A stretch of DNA of 63,701 nt, filler included. It is 16 parts of 16 records of this genome, joined end to end, with 100 filler letters (N's around TTAATTAATTAA, not from the genome) between each part and the next. Parts side by side here need not be neighbours in the genome. Positions count along the whole stretch, not along the records: positions 1 to 5,237 come from SRR7504441_128042; positions 5,338 to 8,734 come from SRR7504441_128063; positions 8,835 to 12,588 come from SRR7504441_128067; 13 more parts are not named here. The stretch is one strand, 5' to 3'. Position 1 is the stretch's first letter. The number at the start of each line of letters is the position of its first letter. Positions 1 to 11,800 of this stretch are shown piece after piece. The notes under the pieces are model-generated. The model did no database searches. It had not been told where the DNA came from and saw only the letters and a list, made by a program, of their open reading frames with translations. Position numbers and translations under genes: made by a program.

Positions 1-976
1 GCCACTGCTCCCAGGCCATCGACAGCTTCCGATTCCGCATCCTGCTCAGCGCGCCCCTCAGAATGTACCGCTGCCGCCGCATCTCAGCACACCAGCTTCG
101 CCAACTATTCCATGCAGCAAACATCTTAGCGTTGCGGAACCGCCTGGCCGCTCGGCCCAACAGCCGACGCTGGGCCCGCATCTCGGCAGCGGTCTGCTGC
201 CACTGCTCCCAGGCCATCGAGAGCCTCCGATTGAGCATTCGCATGACGGCGCCTCGCATCACGAACGCTCGTCGCCGCCCCGCAGCGGCCAGAGCGCCCC
301 AGGTGGCCATGGCCGCCGCATAGCCGGCGTACCGCATCCGCATCGCCGCGCACTTCATGAGCAGCCGCTGCCGTCCTCGCAGCTTCCCGTGAGAGTTCCA
401 GTGCCTGACTCCTCGCCGTCTCTGCCTCTTCTTCCAGTAAGCAACAGCCCTGTCCATCCCACGCCCGGTGCCCAGGTCCCCGCGGCAGCCGGCTCCCCAC
501 CGCCCGACCGCCAGCCGCACTCTGTGCCGCCGGCTGGCCACCGCCGCCTGATCACCGAGCTTGCCGAGCACCGCGCCGCGGCATAACTGCCGGGACCCGA
601 GCCGACTGGCGCAGTTGGCCCGGCTGAGTTCCGCCTCTAGCCGGGCCACCCGCTGGGCCAGCCGGTCGTATGCCTCGGCCGCTTGCTCCAGCCGTAGCGC
701 CTTGACCTGATCGGCCTCCTCGGACTGAGCTAACTCGTCCTGCAGAAGCTCGTGGAACAAACTCATCTCGCCCAACCGGCCATTCATCTCCTCAAAATGC
801 TCGGCCGGTATAACGAGCCCCGGGCTGGCCGGCACCACTGCCAGCTCCGGTTCTGGGAACCGTACCCCCGGTGGAGGCAGGCTGGGATGCCGCATCGCGT
901 CGATCGCCCTCTCGATGTCAATCAGGTTGCCGAGCGGGGCCAGCTCCAGCGGCTCCGGGAGCACAGGGCTCGCCAT
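1..976 (-). CDS. Sfi1-type (centrin-binding) repeat / coiled-coil protein, 3' truncated at window edge
   Basis: Open minus frame absent from the ORF track because it has no stop. Reads ...RGAVMRMLNRRLSMAWEQWQQTAAEMRAQRRLLGRAARRFRNAKMFAAWNSWRSWCAEMRRQRYILRGALSRMRNRKLSMAWEQW, i.e. ~33-aa repeats ending AW..W. First in-frame ATG is 976, but the frame stays open upstream, so the start is uncertain. Confidence 0.7.
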   Translation of the reverse strand, partial: MASPVLPEPLELAPLGNLIDIERAIDAMRHPSLPPPGVRFPEPELAVVPASPGLVIPAEHFEEMNGRLGEMSLFHELLQDELAQSEEADQVKALRLEQAAEAYDRLAQRVARLEAELSRANCASRLGSRQLCRGAVLGKLGDQAAVASRRHRVRLAVGRWGAGCRGDLGTGRGMDRAVAYWKKRQRRRGVRHWNSHGKLRGRQRLLMKCAAMRMRYAGYAAAMATWGALAAAGRRRAFVMRGAVMRMLNRRLSMAWEQWQQTAAEMRAQRRLLGRAARRFRNAKMFAAWNSWRSWCAEMRRQRYILRGALSRMRNRKLSMAWEQW

Positions 977-1144
977 CCGGCCGTTTAGCTCGCGCCGCAC
1001 CTCTGCGCGCAGCGCGGCCACCTCCCCCGTGAGCGGATACAGCCTGTCGCCCGCTACGCCAGCCAACCCCCCTGGCGTACCCGCTTGCCCAACTGTCTGG
1101 TAGCTTTTCCTATCTATTTTTCTTTTCTGGGAAGAGGTCCGGGA

Positions 1145-2146
1145 ATGGAAGCCGCACCGGTCGAGTTCACCCCGCTCAAGGCCGGCCTCGCGAGCCTGGG
1201 CAGCAGCGAGCTGGCCGACCAGCTAGCCAAATGGTCGGGCGCACCCCCCGGCCGGTCCGAGCGGCCAGCAGGGGCCTGGATCACCACCGTCGAGTGCTAA
1301 AGTTCCGTTTCGACCGACCGTTCGATCCGCTCGAGGCCCAGAGCTTCATCCGAGACTTCTTCGCCGCCCCCGCGGTGCAAGAGCGGTTCGAGGCCACTGC
1401 CTTCGCTCTGGATGGCGCTGAGTCTGACGATGCAGGTCCTGGACCGGCAGGGTGGATGGACAGGGGGCCCCGGGGCGCCGGCCGCAGTGCAGTCAGAGCA
1501 CCTGCTCACCACTGTGACCAAGCTGAGCTATTTCGACATGCTCAAACAGTCCGGTGTGCTCGCGTCCCTCCCGTGCACTGAGCGGTTGGCGGCAGATATG
1601 CCCGGCGGTCCGATTGTGCATGAGAATGGAAGAATCGCTGGCTGCCTCGAGGAGTGGGAGGAGGGCATGCTATTGCCCGACCGGCTGCGGGTGGCGCTGG
1701 CCAAGCCAGACGCCGAGGAGTACGAGGCATTCCCGCTCAGCGCCCGTCGTGAAGTGATTACGACGCTGTTCCGGTGTGCGGGCCGAGGGTTGGGAGTGAC
1801 GTGGGGCTAGGCACTTGGCATTGGGGGGTGGGATGAACCAATGGGAGGAGGAAATCGGGCCGTATATCGCGGCGACCAAGGCGCTGTACAAGGACATGCT
1901 CACTGTACGGAAGAATCGTGACACTAAGCAAATTGAGATCACCACTCAAGTCTACAAGGCGAGTTGATTGATTGGAGTCGTTGGGGTACGCTGTACTCAC
2001 GGTGGCGGCAGGTCGAAAGCGTGGATGCGCAGGTATCACTGTTCGCGCGCCCGGAATCGCCGAACAATTTGTGCCTGCTGTGTGTGGATCCGGTGCCACG
2101 TACGGTGCTCTGTTACTATTTCAGCTGGTATAACGCGCTTGTTTGA
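1145..2146 (+). CDS. CFAP300: Cilia- and flagella-associated protein 300 (C11orf70/DNAAF17) homolog, 4 introns
   Basis: Spliced product has KWGL, FRFDRPF, SYFDML, DRLRVAL, LFRHLALGGGMNQWEE, TKALYKDMLTVRK and CLLCVDP, matching CFAP300. Introns 1393-1435 and 1959-2011 have GC donors. Confidence 0.9.
1393..1435 (+). other. GC-AG intron (43 nt) in CFAP300
   Basis: GAG|GCCACT...CTGACGATGCAG|GTC joins PAVQERFE to VLDRQGGW. The only in-phase GT alternative would delete VQERFE. Confidence 0.75.
1959..2011 (+). other. GC-AG intron (53 nt) in CFAP300
   Basis: AAG|GCGAGT...GGCAG|GTC gives TQVYK-VESVD. Apart from +2 C the donor is a near-consensus U1 match. Confidence 0.85.
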
Positions 2147-2283
2147 TTGCACTAACCAACCAGATAACTGATTACTTGGTGTTATCGGTGACGAACGAGT
2201 TTAATTGAAGCCCATACACCTCGCCTTGTATGCACACGCGTTTAATAATAACTGGCCATTGCACACATGCAGCCAGCGCCTCA

Positions 2284-3464
2284 TCACACAAAGTTGCTAT
2301 CCAAATCGCGGCTATTGTACAAGTAAACCGAGCAACTGACCACACTCATGCCCAGCAGATACTCGAAAGAGAGGTGCGTCCCAAACACCAGCCCCGAGAG
2401 CATCCCGGTGAACACCACGGAGATGGCCGTCCCGTACCCCTTGAGCACCGCATCGGCGAACTTGAGCACCCCTGCTACGACCAGCCCTCCGACCGCCGAA
2501 TTGACGATCGCAATATACGCCGCCGTGTTGAAGTTATGCCAGAGTCCGTTGGCTAGGATCTTTTCGTGATCTTTGACCATAGCGTACGGTCCGATGATCA
2601 TCAGCGAAGCCAGCGCCATCTGAACTTGCATGTACGCCAACGAGTAGTTCGATCGCCTGAATTGTCCGCTCTCCTGCTCGGCGGCCTGTGCAGCGGTGTT
2701 AGACTTGATGACCCGTTCGGTGTAGACCGACGCAAAGCCCGAGAGCAGCGCGATGCAGATGGTGGCCACAAGACCGATCATCTCCTGGGGAATTTCGCCC
2801 CCGCGTAGAGAGACTAGTGAGACTAGCAGCGCAGTGCCACTCCGACCAGGGATCCTATCCGATCGGAGATTGGCTAGCATCACACCACACGTGAGCAGCA
2901 GCAGCGACACCCCCTGCGCCTTGCGGAGGTGCTTCTTGAGGAGCACCACCGAGAACACGGCCGTGGTGATCAATTTAGACTGGACGACCACCGAGAACAT
3001 AGAGGCGTCGATATTGGACAGCGCCACGTATTCTAGGGTCTGCTGGATAATGTAGACGGTGGCCGGTACCATCAGCAGCAGCATGGTGTACCAGTCGTGC
3101 CGGAGAAACTTGGCGATAGACCCGAGCGAGCCCCTGTCCACAGCCAGCACGTACCCTACCGAGAGTAGGCATTTAGTCAGCTCACACCCGATCACCGCGG
3201 CTGAGTAAAGGATGTCTGGCTTATCCTGCCCCCCTGCTCGCCCGGCCCGCCGGTGCGGCCGCGCGCCTTGAGCGCGGCGCGGATGGCGATGTTTTTGAAG
3301 GTGTTTTGGAATACGAGCAGTGCGAGGACCCGCAAGCCCATTGGGGAGATCCCGCCCCAGCCGACCGACTTGGTTTTCTCATCCTTGGTCTTCTCATCTT
3401 CGAGTGTCCCGGCCGGCTCGGTCCCGGGCACGACCTCCCCCTTCTCCGGATCCTGAGCGACCAT
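2284..3464 (-). CDS. SLC35A-family nucleotide-sugar transporter
   Basis: AVIGCELTKC, MVPATVYIIQQTL, QSKLITTAVFS, LSGFASVYTE and GGLVVAGVLKFADAVLKGY motifs; multi-TM. GC-AG intron at 3226-3266. Alternative ATG at 3524. Confidence 0.9.
3226..3266 (-). other. GC-AG intron (41 nt) in nucleotide-sugar transporter
   Basis: AAG|GCGCGC...GGGGGCAG|GAT joins IRAALK to DKPDILYSAAVIGCE. No GT lies within the interval. Confidence 0.85.
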
Positions 3465-3534
3465 TCGCCGTCTCGCTGGGTGGCTCTGGTGCCTTCGTGG
3501 AATCCGAATAACGGCATCATCCATCTGCCGGACA

Positions 3535-4077
3535 ATGACGCTCCCGCCGTGGTGGATTCTGAACAGTGCGGCGCCGCCAGGGGTCGCCTCACCGGGTGGC
3601 AGATGTGACCCCTGCCGGGCCCGATCGGGACATGGGTGGGTGGACGGCCGTCTCCTTCTCGCCCGAGCAGCAAGCCAAATACGGCGTCAACGAAGCCGGT
3701 GCCCCATCCCGCCGCCGCCGGTCAAGCCGTGGCCAGGAGAGATTGTTGACCAGGCCAAGCACACGGCCGCGCTCGCCGAGGGCCCTCCGGCGGCCGTGAT
3801 CGCCGCCCCAAAGACCAGCTGGCCTGAACTAGTCGGCAAGCCCGGCCCCGAGGCGGTTGCGGCCATTCAAGGCGCGAAGGGCTAGGGGCGGGGGCTGATC
3901 TGGGGACAGCGGATCGGCCGGACCTGACCAGCGTGTGCGAGGTGCCGCACGACGCGATGGTGACGATGGACTTTCGGGAGGACAGAGTACGGGTGTTTGT
4001 TCAGGACGGCGCGGTGCGGCTGGCCTCATCTTGGCACCAGCGGGAGGCAGGTGCAGCGGCCACCCCAGTGCGGCTGA
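3535..4077 (+). CDS. Potato inhibitor I (MEROPS I13) family protein with N-terminal extension, 4 introns
   Basis: Spliced C-terminus KTSWPELVG...EAVAAIQADRPDL...VTMDFREDRVRVFV...PPQCG is the I13 signature. Confidence 0.9.
3872..3909 (+). other. GC-AG intron (38 nt) in I13 gene
   Basis: CAAG|GCGCGA...CTGATCTGGGGACAG|CG restores AIQ-ADRPD and removes an in-frame TAG. Confidence 0.85.
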
Positions 4078-4262
4078 GCAGCCGACGCAAGAAGCGGTTA
4101 TTGTAGAATGTGATGTTCGTGTCTCGTGACGCTAGGTACTACTGCGTTTACTGAACGAGACGAGTACGCGCTTTATGTATTGTATCAACTTCCTGTACAA
4201 TCCTCTTTCTTTAGAGTGTGCACATAAATATCTACAAAGGCTCGGAGTACATCTGCTGGAAG

Positions 4263-5180
4263 CTATTCTATGAAGTCTTGCGTTGCAATTATTATTGGGT
4301 ATTTATTATTCAATAGATCTTCATCGAGCGGTTGCGGCGCCGCCGTTCTGATAGTTGGTTCCCAAATTTCTCGCCGGCGCTCTCCTAAACAAGATAGACC
4401 GCCGCCCCGACCCGAGCGCTGCCCACCACCAGTCAGTGGCCCACCACTGCAACACCACTGACCGGGCACTGCATTACTTCTTACAGTCGACCGCTTGAAC
4501 CCGATTGGCCGACTGACTGGTAGCGGCGGGGTGGCTTTGATAGCTGCAGCCACACTAGCCGCCACTGCCGGCTCTTCTAGACTTGACTCGGCCGCTGCCA
4601 CCAGGCTCGGCTAGTGAGCGAGGCAGGCAAGTGCCTGAGACGGCTGGGGAGGCGTCGATCACGAAGCTAGCGGTGCGGCACTCCAGATGGGTCCGCACCT
4701 GGCTGCTGCTTCGGCCCTCGAATTCATCCAGTTGTCTCCCTAACTCCCCCCACGAGCCGCGCAGCCGCGAGAGCTCGTCGGCCCGCGACTGCCGCCACTC
4801 AGCCCGTGCCCAGTATCTAGGAGAAGCGCCTGATGCAGCTGGCTACCCACTAGAGTTAGCTGGCTGCCAGGCAGATCGCCAGGACTGCTCGTTGGATCGC
4901 TACTTCTAGTAACCTGCCGCTGCACCGAAACCAAGCTGCAGCCCTGGGTCTCAGGCAGGGGCCGGCGTTGCATGCTGCCTGTTGCCCAGTCGGGAAAGAT
5001 CCCTCTGGAGCCCCTTGACCCCTCGAGTCCAGCCCTCCCCCACCACCGCCTTATGCTCAGCCACCTGCCCACGCTGCCTTAACTTTGAGCCGGGCTCAAT
5101 ACTAGAGACACTCCACAAGCGTTTCTTGCATGAGACTGAGAAAAAGATGCACAAGGTTTGGGATGAGATACTGTCTGTCC
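4263..5180 (-). CDS. Hypothetical multi-exon protein (model unresolved)
   Basis: Coding-like segments in different frames (RYWARAEWRQSRADELSRLRG...; ...LLNNKYPIIIATQDFIE*). No family recognised. Confidence 0.3.
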
Positions 5181-5237
5181 TTTAGAGTGATGCTCTTGTA
5201 CTGTACTGGTGGGGCTCATTACTACGATCAACTTTGG

Positions 5238-5337
5238 NNNNNNNNNNNNNNNNNNNNNNNNNNNNNNNNNNNNNNNNNNNNTTAATTAATTAANNNNNNN
5301 NNNNNNNNNNNNNNNNNNNNNNNNNNNNNNNNNNNNN
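5238..5337. other. Artificial contig-joining spacer (first of 15)
   Basis: N-run + TTAATTAATTAA (stops in six frames) + N-run. Recurs at 8735, 12589, 19493, 22615, 26025, 29269, 33033, 36751, 40375, 43486, 47625, 52159, 56511 and 60504. Confidence 0.99.
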
Positions 5338-5453
5338 TTATGATAGCTATAGTAAATCATGACTCGTGTGCAATCACAAGAATTAGATGAGTATTAGATG
5401 AGAGTGAACCTCTTCATACTCGTATCAGCGCGGATTGCACTCAGACTCGAACC

Positions 5454-7392
5454 TTACTTCTTCTTCTTCTTCTTAGCCTTGACACCTCCACGCACATAAG
5501 CTTGCACATAGAGCAGCTGAACTTGTCTGTACCCCACAGTCACAAACCCCGGCGCTTGCATGCAGATAAGTTTTAAGAAATATCAAAAGGAGCACAATCC
5601 AGACCTGTCGAGCGAGCACTTTGTGCCTCGAAGGTCGAGCTCTGTCAACTTTGGAAGGAAAGAGATCCCCTGCACTCCTTCCATTAGACCACAATTCTCG
5701 CTAAATAATCAGCCAATCACCTCCGGTAGCTTTTTCAGCGCCTTATTGTCCCTCAGGATGATTTCCTCGCACTTGGCCCAGCCTTTAATGCTCTCTGGAA
5801 CCTCCTTTAAAGAATTCTTCACCTGCCACACAGTTAGCGCCATCAAGTAGTTCATCTGCCGCACCATCCACAACTCCTGAAGTTCGGTACAGTTCCCAAT
5901 TTCTATCGGCAAGCCCGAGATTTTGTTGTTTGACAGTGACAGAATTTTCAGCTGCGTCAAGCACCCAAATTGGGCCGGCAACACCCCTGATATCTTATTA
6001 TCAGCCAGAAAGAGCTCCTGCGCACCCCCAGCAATCAGTCCAAGACTAAAGCATTGAATCAGCTACTAAACTACTTGTATGATCGAGTCACCTGCAGCTT
6101 GCCCAGCCCCTCTGCAACTTCCCCGGGGAACTCCGTCAACTTGTTCTTACTCAGATTCAACTTCTCTAAATTCACCAGCCTGCCATCCCATCACCCCAGC
6201 TTCCGTTAAATGCCGTTACCCCCCGAGCTCGATTGGTATGTGGTCCAGAATGTTCTCCCGGAGCTCCAGTTGCTTCAGCTTGACACAGCTTCGGATGATC
6301 CCGGGGATGGTGGTCAGCTTATTGTTGGACAGAAACAGCCTCTCCAGCTGCCACAACGGTCACACACCGCCACTTAATCATTTGATTATGCAATAATTAT
6401 GTTAAAACAATATTGATAGCACCTGCACCCAGCCCTCGACCGCAGCTCCAGGCAGCACCGCCAGCATGTTATCCCTGCACCCGACAATTAGTAAAGAATG
6501 AATAAGATTGGATAATCAGTACCGGAGGTCAAGCATTCGAAGCTCCCTCATGTGACACAGCTCCGGCCTGCAACCAATCCCCAACCGACGCTCGAGCTTT
6601 AGTCACCGGAGCTCAACCACGCGATTATATCTCAAATGCAGCTCCTCCAGACTCCCGAGCGCCGCCAGCTGCTCCGGGACCGCCTGTCCTCCTGTTATTA
6701 ACAGTAAAAGCCGTGCTTATGACCTCAATCCGATTCTGGTTGAGGTTCAGCACTTTGAGCCCCGAAAGGTTTTCAATTGTCTTCGGAATTGAAGTGATCG
6801 CGTTCCGTTCCAAGTTGAGTCGCTCCAGCCGCTCGAGCGGGTATACCTGTCATCGGTGTCCGTTAATATCAGCCGGACTGATCGCCAGCTCACCGCCTCA
6901 GGGAACTCTCTCAGCCGGTTGTCAGGCAGATCGATCTGCGCAGCGATTATCAATTACTCGCGCGCACACAGCAACGGCACACTCAGCCCAACGGACACAG
7001 CAACGGCAGGGGTATGTAGCGGGTGCGCCCTAGGCCCGGACAGACCTCGGTGAGTGTGGTCAGCCCCGAAACCATCTCGGGTAACTTCATTATCCGGTAA
7101 CCTACCAAAGCTCAACCGAAATCCCAACGGACAGTCGCACCGGGGAAGGCCATCCTGTCCACCCGGCCGGACATCTCCATCTGTCCCAACCGTCAGCCCT
7201 CCCCGGGGCTGCCTGTCACTTGGATGGCCAGCTCCTCAACCCTGGTCTGCACGGAGGCCTCCACCAGCAGCCGGACCTGACCAGGGCTGTTACCCCGACC
7301 GCCGGGCTATAAATAACCTTGTGGTCCTTCTGCCGGTCGAGTTCATCCGGGTCCGGCCCCTTCTTCTTCTTGCCCTTCTTCTTCTTGCCCAT
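5454..7392 (-). CDS. Leucine-rich repeat protein with Lys-rich termini, ~14 GT-AG introns
   Basis: Starts MGKKKKGKKKKGPDP, has repeated LxxLxLxxNxL/IxxL/IP units (LERLNLERNAITSIP, LKILSLSNNKISGLP), ends RGGVKAKKKKK*. Confidence 0.85.
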
Positions 7393-7654
7393 CCCGCCGG
7401 GCCGTCCGTCCGTCCGGCGGTGCGCGAGCCTGTGCGAGTGTGCCCGACTGCCGGCCGTCCGGTGCCTGCCACGACAGCTCTTAGCTCCAGGCTCTGCCCC
7501 TGACCCCTGGGCCGTGCCACCCGCCGCTACCTAACTGCCCGGCACCCCCGCGCACCTCGCTCAGTGCAGGCGCCCTTGTGAGTACAAAAATAGAACGAGA
7601 TCCACACAGAGCCGTTGGACGATCACTGCAGTCGCCGCCGGCCCCCGGGCTGCT

Positions 7655-8670
7655 ATGGCGCACGAGAATGTCTATTTCATGGAGAAGCAGCTGTGCGGGC
7701 ACGGCTGCGGGCACAACAACCAGGCGCCCGCCGACCCCCCGGCGCTGTCACCCCCGCGGCTGCAGACAGACCGGGCTATCACGGCGGCCGCAGCCATGCG
7801 CGGCGGCACCGACGGTGTGCTGCCCGGGGGCGAGCCCAGCTGGCAACGGCAGCGGCCGGCCGCCGGCTGAAGCACTGGAAGCGCCAGCGACCAGTGGACG
7901 AAGCGGTCGAGGCCGCCGCGACCGCGCAGGTGGGCTGGCCGCTCGGCTGGACGGAGTGCGGTATCAGGCGGTGGCCCGGACGGGGCGTCGGAGCGACCCA
8001 TCCGTCGCGCACCGGGGTGCGGGGGTGGGTGGATCGAGCTGACAGGGGGGTCGGCAGGCAAGTGGATGGCGCGAATTGAAGAGGGGCAGCAGCCCCTGGA
8101 GGAGAAGAAGCGGGGCCGAGGGAAGCGGTGCCGCGGCCCGAGCGTGGGCGGGGCTCAGAGGCGGGTCAGCCGGCGGGGCGGCGGGACGCAGCAGTCAGAG
8201 GCGGGGCCGTTGTTGATTGTGGATCCGGTACTGCGCTGCCATTGATCGATTGATCGATTGATTAGTTGAAACCTGATGAATCAGCTAAGCTGGTTGGGGC
8301 CGCAGATGGAACATTTAAAATGGAATTCAGACGAGTCCGTTGTTCAACGGACGCAACCGGCCGAAGCCCTGCCAGTGGCGCCCAGCGAGGTTATTTATAG
8401 AACAGCGCGTAACAGTCAGATGATTCGTACTTTTAGGAGGTCGAACCAGACGATCGACACCTGTTGTTTAGTACAAAGGTGAGCCGTCTCAGGCCTGTCT
8501 CAGCATGCGGCGCAGGCGCGGAGTAAGTGGTCCGAGCCCCAGCGGAAGCGAGGGCCGGTCGGCTCTAGTCTCAAGGTGCGGCAGGCCGTGGCGGGGCGTA
8601 GAGGCGAGCTCAGGTTGCGAATAGCGCACTGCTCTCTTTTGGAGAGGACGAGGACGACCCTGGCGGCTAG
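7655..8670 (+). CDS. Hypothetical multi-exon protein ending in ALLSFGEDEDD motif
   Basis: Chain of short GT-AG introns links basic coding-like exons; last exon VANSALLSFGEDEDDPGG*. Internal structure uncertain. Confidence 0.4.
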
Positions 8671-8835
8671 TAGGCGGCTAGTAGAAGCACCCTTAGCGCA
8701 TTAGCAAGTGTCTTGTAGAGCAGTAGCCGTTGTCNNNNNNNNNNNNNNNNNNNNNNNNNNNNNNNNNNNNNNNNNNNNTTAATTAATTAANNNNNNNNNN
8801 NNNNNNNNNNNNNNNNNNNNNNNNNNNNNNNNNNG

Positions 8836-11800
8836 GTCGATTTCGATATCCCGCTGTGGAGTGGAGCAAATTTGCAGAACATCTCGCTGACGTTTACTGA
8901 AGCTGATGGACAGAACATGGTTTTCGACATTGCTGCCACTGCCTCTATCTTGTTGCCGATGAGTGAACACCCGAAGGAGCTGCAAGTGGAAGGCAAGCTG
9001 GCAAATGACATCATCACTGTTTCTTCCGAATTATTTGATAGTTCTCGTCAGGTTTGGAGCTTTCAAATGCAGCCTGGACGACGCAGCAGTAATACATTTG
9101 ATATGCATGATCTCATGATAGAGCTCGCCGTACCCCTGGCGCACCCTGCTGAATCACACGCGACTCTCAGTGGTACCATGGAGTTTGATACTGTTATGCT
9201 GAACATGAAAATGCTCATGCCGTCATCTGACGGTACTTTCTGCCTACTTGGTGATGCAGCAGCAAACCAGGACACCAGCAACATCACTGCTTTGAGCGCA
9301 GCTGCAGCAACTGGTGGCGCCCTTACACCCTATGGGAATACTGCTTTATTCGACAAGCTGGCATCAGTTGCCTTTGTTGGAGCTCAGTTCAATTTCACCT
9401 TTAAGCCGGCGACGAGCGAACTAGATTTATTTGTGGCGGCTCAAGTATTGCTGTTCCATGGCAGCGAGCTTCTGGACGCTGAGCTATTTGTAAAAAAAGC
9501 ATCTGGTAATGAGCTTGGCGTGGGGTTTGCTGTGGCCTTGTCATCACAATTCCAGTTCTCGGATATTGCCACTGGCTTGCAGGCTTTGGACCAATACAAT
9601 TGGGGCTATGCTGTGCTTTGCCTGTCAAGCTATGCTAACCAGTTCTTCTTCCCGCACATGAACCGTACAGTGAACATGAACGCGCCTGGAGTTAGCTTTG
9701 ATGCAATCTTCCCAGTGACAGAGCATTCTTCTCTTGCACCACTACAAAAATGGTACGGAAGTGGTGACATCCAAGTATACGCACGCTTTGGCGCCGATGA
9801 CGACTCACTGACAATAGGGTCTCAACTCGATTTTACATGGAAATGGACCGACACTGTAAGCATGACCTCAGCACGCCTCTTCTTTACAGTGGGGCAGTCC
9901 AAATTGATGGTTTCTGTGGATGGCACCCTGAGCATAATTAACACAGCAGACAACAGTGTTGTTCCATTCACAGGAGGTCTGGGGTTCGACTTTGCTACTA
10001 GTTCAATCGACGCCAAGTTTAGCATGCAAGCAGACTGGGAACAACCCCTTGGCCTCAAGGGGGTGACTCTGAAGCAGAGCGAGCTCGAGGGTGCGATCAA
10101 CATTGAAACAGGAATCCCAACGAAGTTTGGAGTCTCTTCTGGTCTGATGATTAGGCATCATAGTGGCAGTGCTAGTGTCGTAATTGACGTGGCATCCCCC
10201 AAGAACGACCTATTTGCTGGTGAGATTGATGAGCTGGATGTTGCTGGCATCGTTCGTGACCTCACATTCCACACAATCCCGGATTCAATCGACACGACCC
10301 TATTCAATATGAAGGCATCCAAGATTGCAGCCTCTTACTCAGCTAGCCCAGCACCAATCACTTATGCAGGTCACACCTATGCCCCAGGTTTCCACCTGGA
10401 AGTGGACCAGCTGGACCTCTACGACAAACTCAAGGGCAACGGCAGTATTGACGTGCTACCTTCAGCAGGTGTCGAAGTCCGCGCATCAGTGGCCCCCTTC
10501 AGTATCGCAATGCTCACTTTTGAGGGCTTTGGTAGCTCCTCAGGGAACCAACTCCCAATGACTCTGGATGTGACTGTGATGAAAGGCAAGAGTGTCGCAC
10601 TAGGATTGAGTGCCGAGATATCGATCTGGCAACATGACAACCTCGGTGTACTGCTCAACGTATCAGACAACGGCTATGAGGTGCAGATCGATAACCATCT
10701 GATCGATAACATGCTGAATGCTTCATTTGACCTCAAGAGCGTGGGCCCGAACAGTCATCCCACCGATTTTTCTGTTACGGGAAGCGCTGAGCAAAGCCTC
10801 TGCGACTGGCTTTCTACGGAAGGTGTTGCTTATATCGAGAACATCAAAAATGCAATCGAGGGCCAGCTCACAAAAGACAAAGAAGCTGTGGATACCTGGT
10901 TTAGCAATCCTGATGGACAGGATGCACTTGACAAGGTCGATGACCAAATTGATCGTGCAGAGCAAGCGATGCTGGGAGTTTTTAGTGCTGTACAGCAAGA
11001 TCTGGCTAAAGCCCAACAAAAGCTATCAGACCTAATTCAAGCCAATCAGAAGCTGAGCGCCCAAATCGCCCAGGAAGAGACGGAAAAGCGCTCATGCCAC
11101 TGGACCGATGTCGCGTGTGACGTGCACAATGCTTGGGTCGATACTAAAGTCGAAGCCCTGCGGGTAGAGCAAGGCCTCAAGAGCGCAGCGCTGAATCTAG
11201 CAAAGGATGTAGTTGAAGGGCTCAAAAAATCTGTCGAAGGGGCCTCGTCAGTAGTTGTCGATGCAGACTTGGATGCCAAGTACGCAGCAAAAGCCACGCT
11301 CAGTGCTGCTCAGTTCGTAGTCGACGCAGCCCTGAACGCCAGCAAAACACTCACTGCAGACATTGGCCAGCTGACCGAGTATGCCGCTAGCAAAGCTTCC
11401 ACTGCCATCAACCTCAAAGAGATCAGCTTCTCAGGTGAGCTGTCGACAATCAATGGCGACGGTTCTCTCTCTTGTCGCCTGCAGGGTGTGTTCTTTGGGC
11501 ACGTCCTGGATCGCACCTTCTCCACCAAATTTGGCGACAGCCAAACAATCCTCAAGGAAATCCAGGATATGATGAAGAAAAAGTGGATCTCGAGCGACAT
11601 TCAAGTCGCAAATGGCACCGGCACCGATCCAGGGTCTGGAGGGTCGGTATTCGACTTTTGCAATTCGTACGGCAGCTGCACAGAGTGCAACGGTGCCAAG
11701 AGCCAGGATGGTACCAGCTGTGGCTGGTGCCAGCTTAGCGACGAGGACGGCATCTGCTCTGCTGGCTCAGCGCAAGGGCCAGCAACCGAGGCTGGGATCT

